Positions 25,500 to 39,028 of a stretch of DNA of 60,000 nt are shown piece after piece. The notes under the pieces are model-generated. The model did not search any database, was not told the DNA's origin, and was given only the letters and a program-made list of their open reading frames with translations. This stretch comes from Malacoraja senta (lineage: Eukaryota): assembly GCA_038087875.1 (NCBI GenBank), contig CM075990.1:6078001-6138000 (forward strand). The letters are read 5' to 3'. The position numbers and the translations under genes were made by a program. Each line of letters begins with the position of its first letter. Positions within the stretch are counted from its first letter, which is position 1.

Positions 25500-26420
25500 T
25501 CACACAAAGTGCTGGTGTAATTCAACGGGTCAGGTAGCATCTCTGGACAACATGGATGGGCGACGTTTTGGTTTGGGACTCTTCTTCAGACTGATTGTTG
25601 TGATGATGGGGTGGGGGAGGAGGCTATGAGAAAGCTGGGAGGTGGGGGCAGGACAAAGTCTGGCAAGCAATAGGTGGATACAGGTGACGGAGGTTATTTT
25701 TTGGCCGATAATAGGACAAAGGCCAGAGATGAAAAGACTAAAAGTGTGGGATAAGGAGATGAGGATAGAAAAGGCACAAATTGGCAAGCCAGAGGAAGGA
25801 ATATAGGTGGAGGAGAAAGGGAACGGGGGAAATGGGTGTACATCCAAGCGGGGGAACAGCAAAAAGGGTGAAAAAGGGAGCAGAGTAAGGGTGTTAGTAG
25901 GTTCATTACCTAAAATTGGCGAATTCAACGTTCATTTGGAGAATTGATCCCCCTCTCTTGCCTGTGCTGGATCCACAACTGAATCGCCTTGTGGATCGCC
26001 TTGCCAGGATCCACAACTGAATGGGTAGAATGTGTGAATAATAGGCAGATGGAATAAGGTGGGGGAGAGGAAATAAATGGCCATGAAAGAGGACCTGGGT
26101 GGATCAGGATGTGAAAGGAGCAGAGGAGTCCAAGTTATGGGAAATTTGAGAATGCAATGTTTATGCTGTTGGGTTGTAAAATAATTAGCTGGTATATGAG
26201 ATGCTGTTCCTCTAGTTTGTGCTTGGCCTCACGCTGGGAGTGGAGGAGGCTGAAGGCAGTCAGATTGGGGTGGGAATAGGGAGGAGATTTAAAATGGTGT
26301 GCAACCGCAAGCTCAAGGTGGCCATTGCAGACAAAGCTTAGATGGTTGGCAAAGCGGGCTTCCAGTCTGCACTTGGACTTTCCAATGCAGAGCAGGCCAC
26401 AACATATATCATTTGGTGCT
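25500..26420 (-). mobile_element. Penelope-like element remnants (GIY-YIG C-terminus + 3' region)
   Basis: ORF 26135..26497: CIGKSKCRLEARFANHL...VAHHF...KLEEQHLIYQL...QPNSINI, the GIY-YIG end of PLEs. A terminal repeat with a degenerate hammerhead lies at about 25560-25592. Confidence 0.8.
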
Positions 26421-26829
26421 GTAGATGTGGCCTCCACATCAGTGAGATCAAGGGCACACTGGGTGAATAACTTGCCAAACATCTGCACTATACCCACGTC
26501 ATTTTATTCCACGACACATCTCTCCTAGTTCTTTCTGCCACAAAGCATCTTTACTGTCTCTGTAACTGTAATTTTCTGCAATATTCCCATAGTAGTTGCT
26601 TACATACTTCCTCTCAATTCATGGACAATACATCACAAATCTTTTTACACCGAATCAAAAAGATCAAAGCAATGGCACACAGGGTTATGTCCAAATACTC
26701 TTTGCATGCATTTTTTCCGGATTAGGGTGTGTCAATAAGGAACCTGATTACAGACAATACAAAGTTGCGAATCCAGTTTTTCTTAACGTATTGCAGTCAC
26801 AGGCAAAGAAAAAGCCTAATGTAGGAACA

Positions 26830-28060
26830 TTTCCTTTATTTTCGTGACCGTAGTTGTCACGGAATATTCAACAGATCCTGGATGGAAACCACACAGAAGC
26901 ACGAAGAACTACTAAAGCAGCTAACCATCTACTTCCTCATGTTATTAATTTACAGAAGCTAGTATCAACGTATCCCTCTGAAATGGCAAACCTGCACATT
27001 ACAGTAGTGCTGTCCATTCGACAAAAGGATGTTTTATGTACCACTAGAATTTATCACCACTTAAGCGGTTGAAGATAGATTGCGATTTTGCCACATATTT
27101 CTCCCCTTTATGGACACGCCCAAAAACTTCGTCTATTTTAAATCGGAGAATTGGTTTATCGATGCAATATTTCCTTCTACAAAGTGACAAAATGATTGAT
27201 AAGAGAAAAAGATTTCCGCAATTTCACAAAACTCGTTTACGTTCAAGCCATGGATTACATTTTACTCACACATATAATTTACAAAATACCCGAGAAACAT
27301 TTTACTGGGCGTTTGTATTGGTCACACAATTGACTTACATTGTATGCGTCCTTAGCAGCCATTCTCTCAAAATCAGACATTTCGGGAGATGAAGAGTACT
27401 TGACTGTGTGCCTTAACCGGCTGATTGAGGTGTAACCGATGGAGTGAATTGTATTTCACTGACTGCTGAATAGGTGTGCCTGCTTTACATATTTTATTAA
27501 TGGGTTAGTTGGCATTCTGGGAGTTACCAGTCCTGTCTGACGATATCTTCCCGTAATCCCAATGAAAAGACGGATATTGGTCGACGTCGGCACTGAGCCT
27601 GGCCAAGAACATCTGAATGTCCAGGTACCATTTCCCACACCTTCCAAAAGCTTAAAGGCCAGGAATAATTCAGGTGCCTCGGCTGCTGGAATCAATGTAT
27701 CGGTGACCTGCGAATGCTGTGCTTTGATTGAGAAGAGACATCAGTTAAAAGCGCCTCCTTGTGCCTAGAAACGGGCGGTGCAAAAATACTATTTCTTTAA
27801 AATATGTTTTTTTATTACATTGAAAGGGACACACCAGGAAGCACTTAGAAAATGCAGAGCACGGGACTTACAACGGAATTATATTTTATTTATTTTGGCA
27901 TGTGTTTGTTGACATCAATACACAATCAACTCCAAAGATGTAGCGTTTTTGTTAATTTAAAAAAAGTTAGAGTACAAACATTGCAGCACTTTCCGCTGGT
28001 TCAGGCTATTAAACACTACAACCTCCAAATAAGATCTGAACTACATAACCCGGCGGCATT
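26830..28060 (-). promoter_or_regulatory. Probable annexin promoter / 5' region (AT-rich but CpG-undepleted)
   Basis: CpG frequency is visibly higher than in flanking unique DNA around the ATG exon. TATA-like TTAATAAAA on the minus strand at about 27492-27500 lies upstream of Inr-like TCAG motifs at about 27458-27470. Confidence 0.4.
27339..27362 (-). CDS. ANXA3: Annexin, probable first coding exon (MAAKDAYN; optional upstream in-frame ATG at 27380 adds MSDFER)
   Basis: ATG in strong Kozak context (AGAATGG), perfect GTAAGT donor in phase 0 matching the next exon, and it sits in a CpG-undepleted region. The N-terminal peptide itself has no recognisable homology. Confidence 0.65.
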
Positions 28061-28451
28061 GTGTTTTTTTTTGTTCTATTAGTTTTTTGGTTTGTTTTAC
28101 GTGTATGTAAGTGTGTGCCTGTGGGGTGTATACATGTGTATATATAATATATATACTGAATTTTTTCTTGTTTATCATATTCTTCAGAGAGTACTATGTT
28201 TACGCATTGTGTTATGCTGCTGCAAGTAAGAATTTCATTGTTGTGTCTGGGACATATGACAATAAAATACTCTTGAAATGCTGTTCTTGGCAAGGCTCAG
28301 TGCTGACTCTTGCCAAGAATCACAGGTTGACTGGCATTTTATCAGCTCGTGGGAAGCCAAGCGATTTTGGAGAAACTAAAGTCTCTTTCAATGTTTAAAT
28401 GTGCAACCAGAATCCGTCGTTTATGCTCACAGTCCTTGCTTGCCTGTTATT

Positions 28452-29422
28452 ATGTTTGGATGAGGGGATTGAAGGCTTTGTGGCTAAGTTTGCAGATGAT
28501 ACGGAAATAGGGGGGAGGGGGGTGGGCAGGTAGTGTAGAGAAAGCAGGGACTTTGCAGAAGGACTTGGACAGGTTAGGAGAGTGGGCAGAGAAGTGGCAG
28601 ATGGAATATAGTATAGCAAAGTGTGGAGGAATGTATTTTGGTAGTAGGAATAAAGGCGTAAACTATTTTCTAAATGGGGAGAGAATCCAGAAATCGGAGG
28701 TGTAAAGGGACTTGGGAGTGCTGGTGCAGGATTCCCAAGAAGTTAATCTGCAAGTCAAATAAGTACTAAAGGAAGCAAACTTAATGCTAGTATTTATTTC
28801 AAGAGGGTTTGTATACAAAAACAGGAATGTAATGTTGAAGCTCTATAAGGCGCTGGGTAAGGCCACATTTGGAATATTGTGAGCAATTTTGGGCACCATA
28901 TCTGAGGAAGGGTGTGCTGGCTCTGGAGAGCATCCAGGGGTGGTTTACAAGAATGATCCCAGGAATGAGTAGGTTAACCTATGATAGTGTTTGTCGGCAC
29001 TGGGCCTGTCCTCGCTGGAGTTTAGAAGAATGTACAGGGACCTCATTGAAACATACAAAATAGTGAAAGGCTTGGACAGAGTGGATGTGGAGAGGATATT
29101 TCCACTAGTGGGAGAGTCTAGGACTATAGGTCGTGGCCTCAGAATTGAAGGAAGTTCTTTTGGGAAGGGGATGAGGAGAAATTTCTTTGGTGGGGGGGAA
29201 GTTGGTGAATCTGGAATTCTTTGACACAGAGGGCTATAGAGGCCAAGTTGGTCGATGTTTTTGATGCAGAGATAGATGGATTCTTGATTAGTGCGGGTGT
29301 CGGTGGTTGTGGGGAGAAGGCAGGAGAATGGGGTTGGGAGGGAGAGATGGATCAGCCATGATTGAATGGCAGAGTGGACTTGTTGGGCTGAATGTCCTAA
29401 TTCTGCTCCTATCACTTTTGAC
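28452..29422 (+). mobile_element. CR1 LINE 3' fragment
   Basis: KFADDT, EYCEQFWAPYLRK and DLIETYKI motifs followed by 3' UTR. Confidence 0.9.
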
Positions 29423-29969
29423 ATTATCTGTTTTTTGGGAGGTGAGTGTCTCTCCGAATCACTGTCCTTCTGATGGTATAATGAGCCACCTTCTTCAACT
29501 GCTGCAGTTCTGCTGAACATATGTCCACTTCTGCGCATGTACATCAGATATTCCAGCATTTCAGCCCACTGGGAGAGGGAAAAGTAATACATTTTCAAGG
29601 CAGTGCGATGTATGATTTAAACTCCATAGTTTGCCTATATTTGTTTACAGATTTATTGTGTAACTACCACTGATCATTGTATTGCTGATACACTTGGATA
29701 ATAAGCACTCATTTCTTTACTCAACCTATTAATATAAACTGTAAAGAACTTCGCCTTACAATATGTATTAATCCCAATACCATAAACCCTTATCTTATGA
29801 AGTGATTTTTATGTAGCATTGCAATGAATGCATTTTGGAAATCCAAATGCACTGGTCGCACTTTATCCACTTTGTTAATTCCTAAAGAAATAAATACATT
29901 TGTCAAGTGTAATTTTCTTTCCATAAAGCTATGCTGTTGCCATCCTCAATTACTAAGTGTCCTGTGTGA

Positions 29970-29985
29970 CCACACGCACGCACAC

Positions 29986-30033
<48 letters not shown>
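29970..30033. repeat. (CA)n microsatellite
   Basis: Direct observation. Confidence 0.97.
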
Positions 30034-30036
<3 letters not shown>

Positions 30037-30689
30037 ACACCTCTTAAACAATCATTTTTGTCACACAAAAAACCTCAATCAGACTTGACTTTTACAATTT
30101 TGTTCTGGCTCTCCTTTATAATTCAGATGGATCCAAGTGACAGGTTTACCATTTATCATTTATAATGAGCTCACCTGGCCTGAATCTGAGGATTTCTAAT
30201 TTTTCCTCAAAGTCCACCTGACAGATGTAGTCAAATCGCAAGATCTTATATATTCCAGTGGGGTCACATCTCAATCTTCCATCATAGTATGACCCCATTG
30301 TTCGAGATAACTTACTTGTGAGCTTTTGGTGCATCACCTCCAACACAAGTATATCCTCCTCTTAAATAAACAGATCAAAACAGTTGGGCAAAGCCTTGAA
30401 AATCTGTTTTATTTTTGTACTTGTCATCCTTGTGAGAAAGTTAACATTCCATTTTGCCTTCCTACTTACTCACTGTACATGATAACTTTCAGTATTTCTT
30501 GTACAAGGACATATAGATATCACTGAACACCAACATTTTATAGTGTCATACCAAGTAAATGATATTCTGGGTTTGTAATCTTCCTACCAATGTGATAACC
30601 TCACATATCTTCAAATTATTCTGCAAAATTTTTGGCCACCCAATTAATTTAATAATATCCTTTTGCAGACTTTATGTGCAATTGAATTA

Positions 30690-31740
30690 TAGAATCATAG
30701 GGTAACATGGCATGGAAACAGGAATTTTAACCCAACTCATCCATGGCGACCAAGAAGCCTATCTAAGTTAGTCATATTTGCCTGCATATAACCCATATTG
30801 CTCCAAACCTTACCTATCCATGTATCTATTCAAATGTCTTTTAAACATTATAATTGTACCTGCAACTACCACTTCCTCTGGTAGCTCATTTCATGCACCC
30901 ACCAACCTTGCCTCTCAGAGATGTTTTAAAATGTTCACTCTCACCTTAAATGTATGCCCTCTAATTTTAAACCTCTCTACACAGTGAATGAGACTGTGGC
31001 TATCAATCTTATTTATGCCCCTTAAAAAAAAGACACAAAGTGCTGGAGTAACAGCGAGTCAGGCAGCATCTCTGAAGAACATGAATAGCTGACGTTTCAG
31101 GTCGGGACCCTTCATCAGACTGATTGCAGGGGGGAGGGGAGGGAGGGTGAATTTTGATTGGCATATGGTTGGACAAAGGGCAGTGGTGAAAAGACCAAAG
31201 ATGAAAAAGTGTGAGATAAGGATAAGAGAGGTGCTAATTGTGAAGCCAGAGGAAGGAATGTGGGTGGAAGGGGAAAGATGTAGAGGGAAGTGAGCAAGTG
31301 AAGGGTGCAAATCCAGGTGGGGCACTTGGATGAGAGGAGGGGGAAAAGGGGAGGGGGGTTGTTTATAGTTTAGTGAACTAAATTTGGAGAATTCAATATT
31401 CATACTATTATGTTGTTAGCTACCCCAAGCGGAATATGAGGTACTGTTCCTCCAGTTTGCATGTGGCCTCATGTTGGCAGAAAAGTCAGTATGTGGGACT
31501 TAAAATGGTCAGCAACCGGGAGATCTAGCAGGCCTTGGTGGTCTATGCCCTTCATGATTTTACAAATATCTACAATGTCATCCATCAGTTTTCTTTGCTT
31601 CTGTGAAAACAGTCTCAGCCAATCCAAACTCTCCTAATATCTCAAGACCTCTAGTCCCAGCAATATCTTTATCATTCTTTTCATACCCTCTCTAGCTTAA
31701 TTACATCCTTCCTATAGGTTGGCAACCAGAACCTCACAAT
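30690..31740 (-). mobile_element. CR1 3' fragment interrupted by a Penelope-derived element (about 31030-31541)
   Basis: CR1 3' UTR/ORF2-end sequence on both sides; tatgccc is duplicated at the two junctions (about 31014 and about 31544). Confidence 0.7.
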
Positions 31741-33867
31741 GTTTCTCCACAACTATTGCTGCATCATCCACAAATTTGGATTTATTGGACTCAATCTTTG
31801 CATCTAAGTAATTAGTATATAGATAACTATCGGATGGCCTAGCACTGATCCCTATGGCAACCCTCTAATTTTAACCTGTCAACTTGTAAACCACCTGTTT
31901 ATCTCTACTTTGTCTGTTAACCAATTCACTACCCACCACTCTCAAGCCATGAAGTCTTATTTTGTGCAGTAATCTTTCACGTCAAACCTAAATGACTGCC
32001 TTTTGGAAATATAAGTGCATTACATTCACTGGTTGCCTTTTAACTATTCTGTTGGTTACATCTTCAAAGAGCTTCTAATTAATTATTAAAATAATTTCCC
32101 TTTCAGAAAACCATGTTGATTCATGTTATGTATTTCTTAATGGTCTGTTATCATTTCCTTAAAAATAGATTTCAACTGACCAGCAAATCCCGGTATTCCC
32201 ACTTCTTTTCTTCTTGAACAGCAGTCTTTCCTTTGCCATTGTCTAATCATGGAATCCAGAGTCTACAGAAATGTGGTAAAATTATCAAGAATGGATCCAG
32301 TCTCTTTTTCCCTGAAACCTTGTTCGTTTTTCTTGAACATTTTCTCCACATGAACTTTTAAAATTCCCAACTTTAGTTACCTACCATTTTGATTTCCTAA
32401 ATGTTTATATGCATGAAAACAGATGAGAATATTTGATTAAAACCTTTGAGTAAAACACAAAAAGCTGGAGTAACTGAACGGGACAGGCAGCATCTCGGGA
32501 CAGAAGGAATGGGTAACGTTTCGGGTCGAGACCTTTCTTCAGATTGAAGAAGGTTCAGACTTCGTCTGAAGAAGGGTCTCGACCGGAAACATCACCCATT
32601 CCTTCTCTGCAGAGATGTTGCCTGTCCCGCTGAGTTACTCCAGCTTTTTGATTCTATCTTTGGTTCAAACTAGCATCTGCAGTTCCTTACTACATATTAA
32701 AATGGTGGATTTGATTATTATTCACCATTATTGTTTCTTGTACTGCACCTTTCCTTTACACATCGTTAGAAGCTCCTACAATGAAACCTGTTGCTGCTTT
32801 GCTCCTATGTTCAATTTTCTCTCTATTTATCTATTATTAATTATTTTTGTGTGCAAAATTCTTTGTTATCTGACTAACTATTTCTTCATTACTTTGTAAG
32901 TCTTTTACTTTTATCAAACACCAAACGTTGCTGCTTCCATTGGGCACAACTTAATTAATTTCCTCATGAATCTTTCTTTCTGAATAACAGGCATGTTTAT
33001 TGAGAATAACGAACCATTTCCAAAAACATCAGTTGCTTCTTAGCTAAGCTTTTCATCTAATTTCCGGATCTACCCATGCTGACTCAAGCCAAGTCGTCAA
33101 GTCATCTGCACAAGTACGCTGAGATAGTTATAATAAACTCAGTGCTTATACCTAAGTTTTGTCTTTATTTATATTTATGGTTCTAGTTTTACGCATTTAT
33201 CACTGTCAGACTGGAGATGAGATTCCATTGCATCTTGATCATTATTCTTCTGAGCATCATTTGTAATGAGGATCTGATTAATTCTGCTGTAATTCACAGC
33301 CCTGGTCTAAAATATTCTGTTTCGATCTACAGATTATTGTTTCAGAAAACGGTTTCAAATACTTTCCCCTCACTTTTGCCATTGATGAACAGTCTTTGAG
33401 GGTTAAAGTCATTGAGAACTATTGTATTACATTTATTAAAGCCCTGTCTTATGCCATGTTAAATTCTGCCCTGCTCTCTCAGTCTGCAGTTATTCTCCCA
33501 CATCTTTTTGAATGTCTTGCTGCTTTAAACTTTCAATCTAGTCTCATACTTTCAGTGGTTTAAACTCTCGGCCTCTTCCCCACACTGTCTATTTAAACAC
33601 TCACGGCCAGCTCTGTCATTCTCTCCTTGGATAAAAACCATGGTCACCTCTCTTACTCTGTTGTAGTTCTCACTTTAGCTTTCTCATTACTTTAAACTCT
33701 TGACACATTATCTAGCGTTTACATTTCTTGTAAATGCTTGCCCTAATTGCTCACTATCTTTTACTTTTGGCCCAGTGTCTCACAATCTCATTCCTTTAAA
33801 CCCTCAGCCCAATCTCTGCATTAAATCCTGCAGGAATTGTATATATTTTCTAAGGTAACAGTACAAG

Positions 33868-34730
33868 GACATAAAAAGGTTGGAACAAAAATAGGCCATT
33901 AGCTTTCAAGCCTGCTCCACCATTCCATAACATCTTTTATTTGAACACAATTTTCTTGCTCAATCCCCATAATCCAATTCGATTAATATCAAGAAATCTA
34001 CAAATTTATCTTTTGAATACAATCAATATCTGACTCCGGAGTAAGGGAACTACAATGGCTTACCTCTTATTTTGAAACTATGACTCCTAAATCGAGAGAA
34101 CTCAGCTGGGGAAATAGCCTCTTTGTATCTAACCTGTGGAACCCTTTGAGAATGTTGCATGTTTCATTGGCGTCTCCTCTCATCTACTCAATCTCTTCTC
34201 ATATGACATACATACAATCCCTTGAACCAATCTGCACACCCTCTATAGCAAATATATACTTTTTAAGTTCAGAAGACTAAATATGTACATAAGGTGCGGT
34301 GTCACCTATATTTGTACTGTCATCTTTACTCCAATATTCAAGTCCTCTTGCAATTTAAGCCAACACACCATTTACCTAATTGCCTGCTGGACCCACCTAT
34401 GGTGACATGTGTACAAGAAGTCTCAGCTTCTTCTCAACATTAACTTTGTGCAATATCTTAATAACATTTTATTTTTTTCCTAACAAAACAAATAACTTCA
34501 TATTTTCTCCCACCTGCCATGTTATTTCCCATTTATATCAGCTTATTTATACTTGCTTGAAGCCCTGTTGCATCCTCATCAGTCCACCCAGTTCCACTTA
34601 GCTTTATGTAATTAGCTAACTTAGAAATGTTGCATTTGGCTCCCTTGGCCAAAACATTGATGTATATAATAGTTGGGACCCAAGCAGCAGTTGCTGCATT
34701 ACCTCATTAATCACAACCTACCAATGGGAG
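33868..34730 (-). mobile_element. Old degraded CR1 fragment (related pieces at about 31750-32170, 35270-35470 and 35715-35980)
   Basis: Recognisable CR1 3' UTR and RT-like remnants, e.g. [10 protein letters not shown] in ORF 35104..35418. Confidence 0.6.
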
Positions 34731-34767
34731 AAGGCAACATTTTTCTATTAACCCACTCTCAATCCAC

Positions 34768-35076
34768 TTTAGACTTCAGAGATCCAGCATGGAAACAGGC
34801 TCTTCGGCCCACCAAGCCCCTGCCAACCAGTGATCACCTTATATACCAGCATTATCCAACATACTGGGGACAATTTACAATTTTTCCAAAGCCAATCAAC
34901 CTCCAAACTTTACGTCTTTGGAGTGTGGGAGGAAGCCGGAGTACCCAGAGTAAACCCATGCAGTCACAAGGAGAATGTACAAAACTCTATATAGACAGCA
35001 ACTGTAGTCAAGATCGACCCCGGGTCTCTTGCGCTGTAAGGCAGCAAATCTACTGCAGCGCCACTGTGCCACCCAC
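34768..35076 (-). mobile_element. V-SINE (HE1-like), near full length
   Basis: Minus-strand head ggtggcacagtggcgc..cagtagatttgctgccttacagcgcaagagacccggggtcgatc, V-domain, and (tctgaag/tctaaag) tail. Confidence 0.85.
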
Positions 35077-36989
35077 TATGAGATTACCTCTCACTATTAT
35101 AAATCATGGAGAATATAGGGCCTGTCTGCTGAATATCTCCATACTGGACATCCCTGCATACCAGAAACTGATCTGGATAATATTCATTGTACTCTCTATT
35201 TCACAGGTATATCCTTCTATAGGTTGGCAGAGAAAATCTATGTATATTACATCTGCAATGTGGTCTTCCATTTGCCTGGATAGTCTAAACCTTTGCAGCC
35301 TCTTTGCATTTATGTGACAATTCAGCTGGCTATCATAAATGGAGTTTGTTATTTTACCCCTGATCCCCTCATCCAAATCATTAATATAGATTGTGAGTAG
35401 CTGGGACTTAAGGTCCAAACACTGTAATCCTGTATTTGTTACACCCTCCCGACATGAAAATGAATCATTTATTTACTCCCTTCCTTCATCTGGTTCCATC
35501 TGCCAATCAGCCTTCATGTTTCCTTGGTCCGTAAATCACATCCTGCCCGTCTTAACTCTGCCCCCTCGACTTTACACTGGCTATCTTCCCTCTCCACCAG
35601 TCCTGATGCATTAACACTTCCTTTACCCCACAGATGGTGCTTGACACTGAGTTTCTTCAGCAAATTGTTTGTTGCTCTGTGCTCCAGCATTGCAGTATCT
35701 TGTGCATCCATTGATTTCTACTTTCTGTTTTCTATCTATTAACCAATTCTCAATCTACACCAGTCCTTTCACTCCTATGGACTCTAATGCAGTTGAGTAA
35801 ACTCACATATGACGCTTCATCAAAGACATGACCATCTTCAGGAATCTTCAAGAACAATCCTTGAGTCTATGCAATTTTAAAAGTTGACACTCAGTATTTC
35901 CGTAGCCACTCCTTCACAACCATAAGATGCAGATCATTGGATCCTGAAGATCTATCGGCTATCTATCCCCTTAATTTTACTTAAAAAAAAATTTAATATC
36001 CAGATTCTCAAGTTGCATTCTTAATCTATTTGCTACTTTAAATACTCTTTTGCTGCTGTAAACTCTCACTACCTTTCTCACAGCTTCTGGTCAATTATTT
36101 TCTACTTTAGACTCCAGACCTGCTTCCTTGTAGCTTTACTGATGAAATACATTTAAGAACTGAATGCGGCCTGTAAATTGATCACTGAAACTCACCAAAT
36201 GAATTCTAGAAACAGACTATTTAACTACTCTCAAGACTGATGAATTTAATAACTAAGTTGCATTAAGAAGGATTTTAAGTTCAAGTTTCTGAAGTCTTCA
36301 GTAAGCTTCAAATTAGCCTTCTCAGAATGGGATAAAGATACTATGTTTGTTTTAAGTAGGGTGAGGATGGGATGGTTAGGACAAGGGAATACCTTAGATA
36401 GAAAAGGGTGGGGATGCTGTGGGAATATTGTTAATGAAATACGCTGGTAAGTGATTTAATAAGGGTAGTTGGAGAAAGAGTAACACGAGCAAAGAAACAA
36501 TATCTGGAAGATGAGAGTGGTTTGAGAGAGAAAACACACTTCTCATTTATGTTGACCAAACTCAATGATTCAGTGTCTTCTGTTTATTTCCGATTTTACT
36601 TTTTTTTGTTGGTGTGTAATAGCATATTTGGGATCTTGCGGGGAAAATAAAAGTGGGGTCATCACTGCTTTATTTTGACTTGGTGTTGCTGTTTGAGAAA
36701 GTTGCAAGCAGGATTATGAGTAGACAGCACCCTCTAGGGACCATCTGTTAATATTCCTAATCTTGACGAAGAATTTAACATCAACCAATTAACATTAAAT
36801 AACTCTGATTGAATGCTAATTATAATAATTTAGAACCTTATGTAATATTGCTCTTCAAAATGAAGAGAAATTTGCAAAACTTCGTTGTAGGGTTAATTAA
36901 TGAGTAACGATGAACTATACAGGAGGGAGATCAATAATCTGATTCAATGGTGCCAGATCAACAATCTTTCTCATAACGTTAGCAAGAAC

Positions 36990-37600
36990 AATACCTCCCA
37001 TATCTCACCACCCTGCTTTCTCATCCCTATCCATTTTCACCCATCCACACCCTCATCCCTCTATTTCTCTTTCATTATCGACTTTCCAGTGTTCACTGAC
37101 CTTCACTTTCTTATCCCACCCCACCCTCTCTCCACATTTTCTCATTCCTACGTCTCTTCTTCCTTATCCCTATGTCACTGCCTCTATTATTCCTGTGTCC
37201 CTCCCCTCTTCACTGCTACTTCCACTTTCCCTCTTGCTCTCACTTTCCTGCCTAACACTCCCTTCTCACTCTACTTATTCTTTTCATCCATTCCCCTTCC
37301 TCCGTCACACTCTCTCTCCACTTGACCATCTTCATCCATTCCTCACTTTCCCTCTTTCTCCTTCCATTCACATGCTGCCCTTTCTTACTTAGCCATTTTA
37401 AACTTTTTTCATTCCCAACTCTTCATCATTGCACTTCCACTCATTCCCTTTCCACCCCTTCCCAACCTTCCATCTTATTCCCCTTCACAGCGTCTATCCC
37501 CACTGCCCTTTCCCCTTCTTCCCCCTCTCTTTCAATCTCTCTCCCTCCTCCTCCTCCTCCTCCTCCTCCCCCCTTTCCTTCCCATATTTTCCTATTTTAC
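36990..37600. repeat. Low-complexity pyrimidine-rich tract ending in (CCT)n
   Basis: Strong C/T strand bias; (cct)n at about 37545-37570. Confidence 0.8.
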
Positions 37601-37949
37601 TGAAAAAATTAAGGTCAGTTTATTGAAAAGCATTTGAGATGCTTACTTGAGTCTTAAGAGAACGTTATATGTTCACATGATATAGAATGCTGTTTTTCAT
37701 TGGAGGTTGATGGAATTTGAACCATGCAATAGGAGGGTCTATCACAGTGAAACCCATATGCTGGATAAAAGGTTCTGTACATATGCATCAATTTCCTTTA
37801 TGGAATGAGGAAGAGATGGAATGTTTTTCCAAGGCTTACGAGGAAAGCCTGGGGCTCATTCATTCTGAACACTTGCAATTCATTTCTTCTCTTTCTCTCT
37901 TAGCAGCTAATTAGCCACCACTTTTGACCTTTTCCAACTTCTGGTTTAG

Positions 37950-38405
37950 CAGAATGATGCCTGGATTAGGGGGTATTAGTTAAAAGAAAAGGTTGAACAG
38001 ACTTAGATTGTTATCTTTGGGAAATCAGAGGTTGAGGGGAGACATGAATGAAGCATATATAATTATGAGAGGCATAGAAAGAGTGGACACTCAGAACCTT
38101 TTTCCCAGATGGAAATGTTAAATACTAAAGGGGATAGCTTTAAGGTGAGAGGGGCAAAGTTTAAAGGAAATGCACGGGACAAGTTTTTTTACACAGAGGA
38201 TGGCGAGTGTCTGGAGCACTCTACCAGATGGTGATGGAGGCAGATACTACAGTTGCATTAAGAGACTTTTGGACAGACACATGAATATGCAGTGAATAGA
38301 GGGATATGGATTGTGTACAGGCAGATAAAAGACGGTCTTGGCATCGTGTCCGGCAGAGACATTGTGGGCTGCAAGGCCTGTTCCTGTGCTGTCCTGTTCT
38401 ATGCA
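37950..38405 (+). mobile_element. CR1 LINE 3' fragment
   Basis: gaggttgaggggagac...tttaaggtgagaggggcaaag...cctgttcctgtgctgtcctgttctatg, typical CR1 end. Confidence 0.85.
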
Positions 38406-39028
38406 ATTAGTAACTGGCTTCTGTTGTATCTTCAAGGCAGGTTTATTGTGCCCTACTGTCTTGTCACCCAGGGTTTAAAGCTTCCCCCTCCTGGATTTAT
38501 ATACATCAGTGAACCAGTCTTCAGCAAGGCTTGAAATTAATTTATGGTACATGACCCCAGTAATGCACAAATTAATTCTCCTACATTAATTGAAAAATCT
38601 AATAGCCAGTAAAATTGGTTTTAAAATATCCCCATGGCTAGTAAATGAATGTTAATAAGAATTGTAAATAGAAACTGCTTTATTCTGAGATATATTTAAA
38701 TAAATTAATCACATGGATAATTTTTACTGTAAGAAAAGTATACACACACTGCACTGTGGTTAATTTAATTACATTATAGTTTGCATTTAGCATCTTAGGG
38801 ATTGTCTGAAAACTATGAAGTTTTCAAATAAGAAATTAAATCTTGGTTCCCTTATATTGATTGGGAATAAGACAAATATATTTCTGGGCAATGATTGATA
38901 AAACTACTTTTCTGTTATGTTATTATTGCCATGACTTTCCACATTTATCTTAAAATGTAAAGTGTGAAATGTCACTGAGATTTATATTACATTTATGCTA
39001 CGGTTGAGGGGACGGGACCCAATGGGTC

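Noticed and set aside
27456..27768. Overlapping small ORFs upstream of the annexin ATG
   Set aside because: No recognisable homology or splice context; better explained as promoter sequence.
28945..29598. 217-aa minus-strand ORF
   Set aside because: Antisense to a CR1 3' fragment.
35000..35076. tRNA-like A/B-box sequence
   Set aside because: Head of a V-SINE, not a cloverleaf tRNA gene.
34673..35317. 214-aa ORF
   Set aside because: Reads through an antisense V-SINE and CR1 debris.
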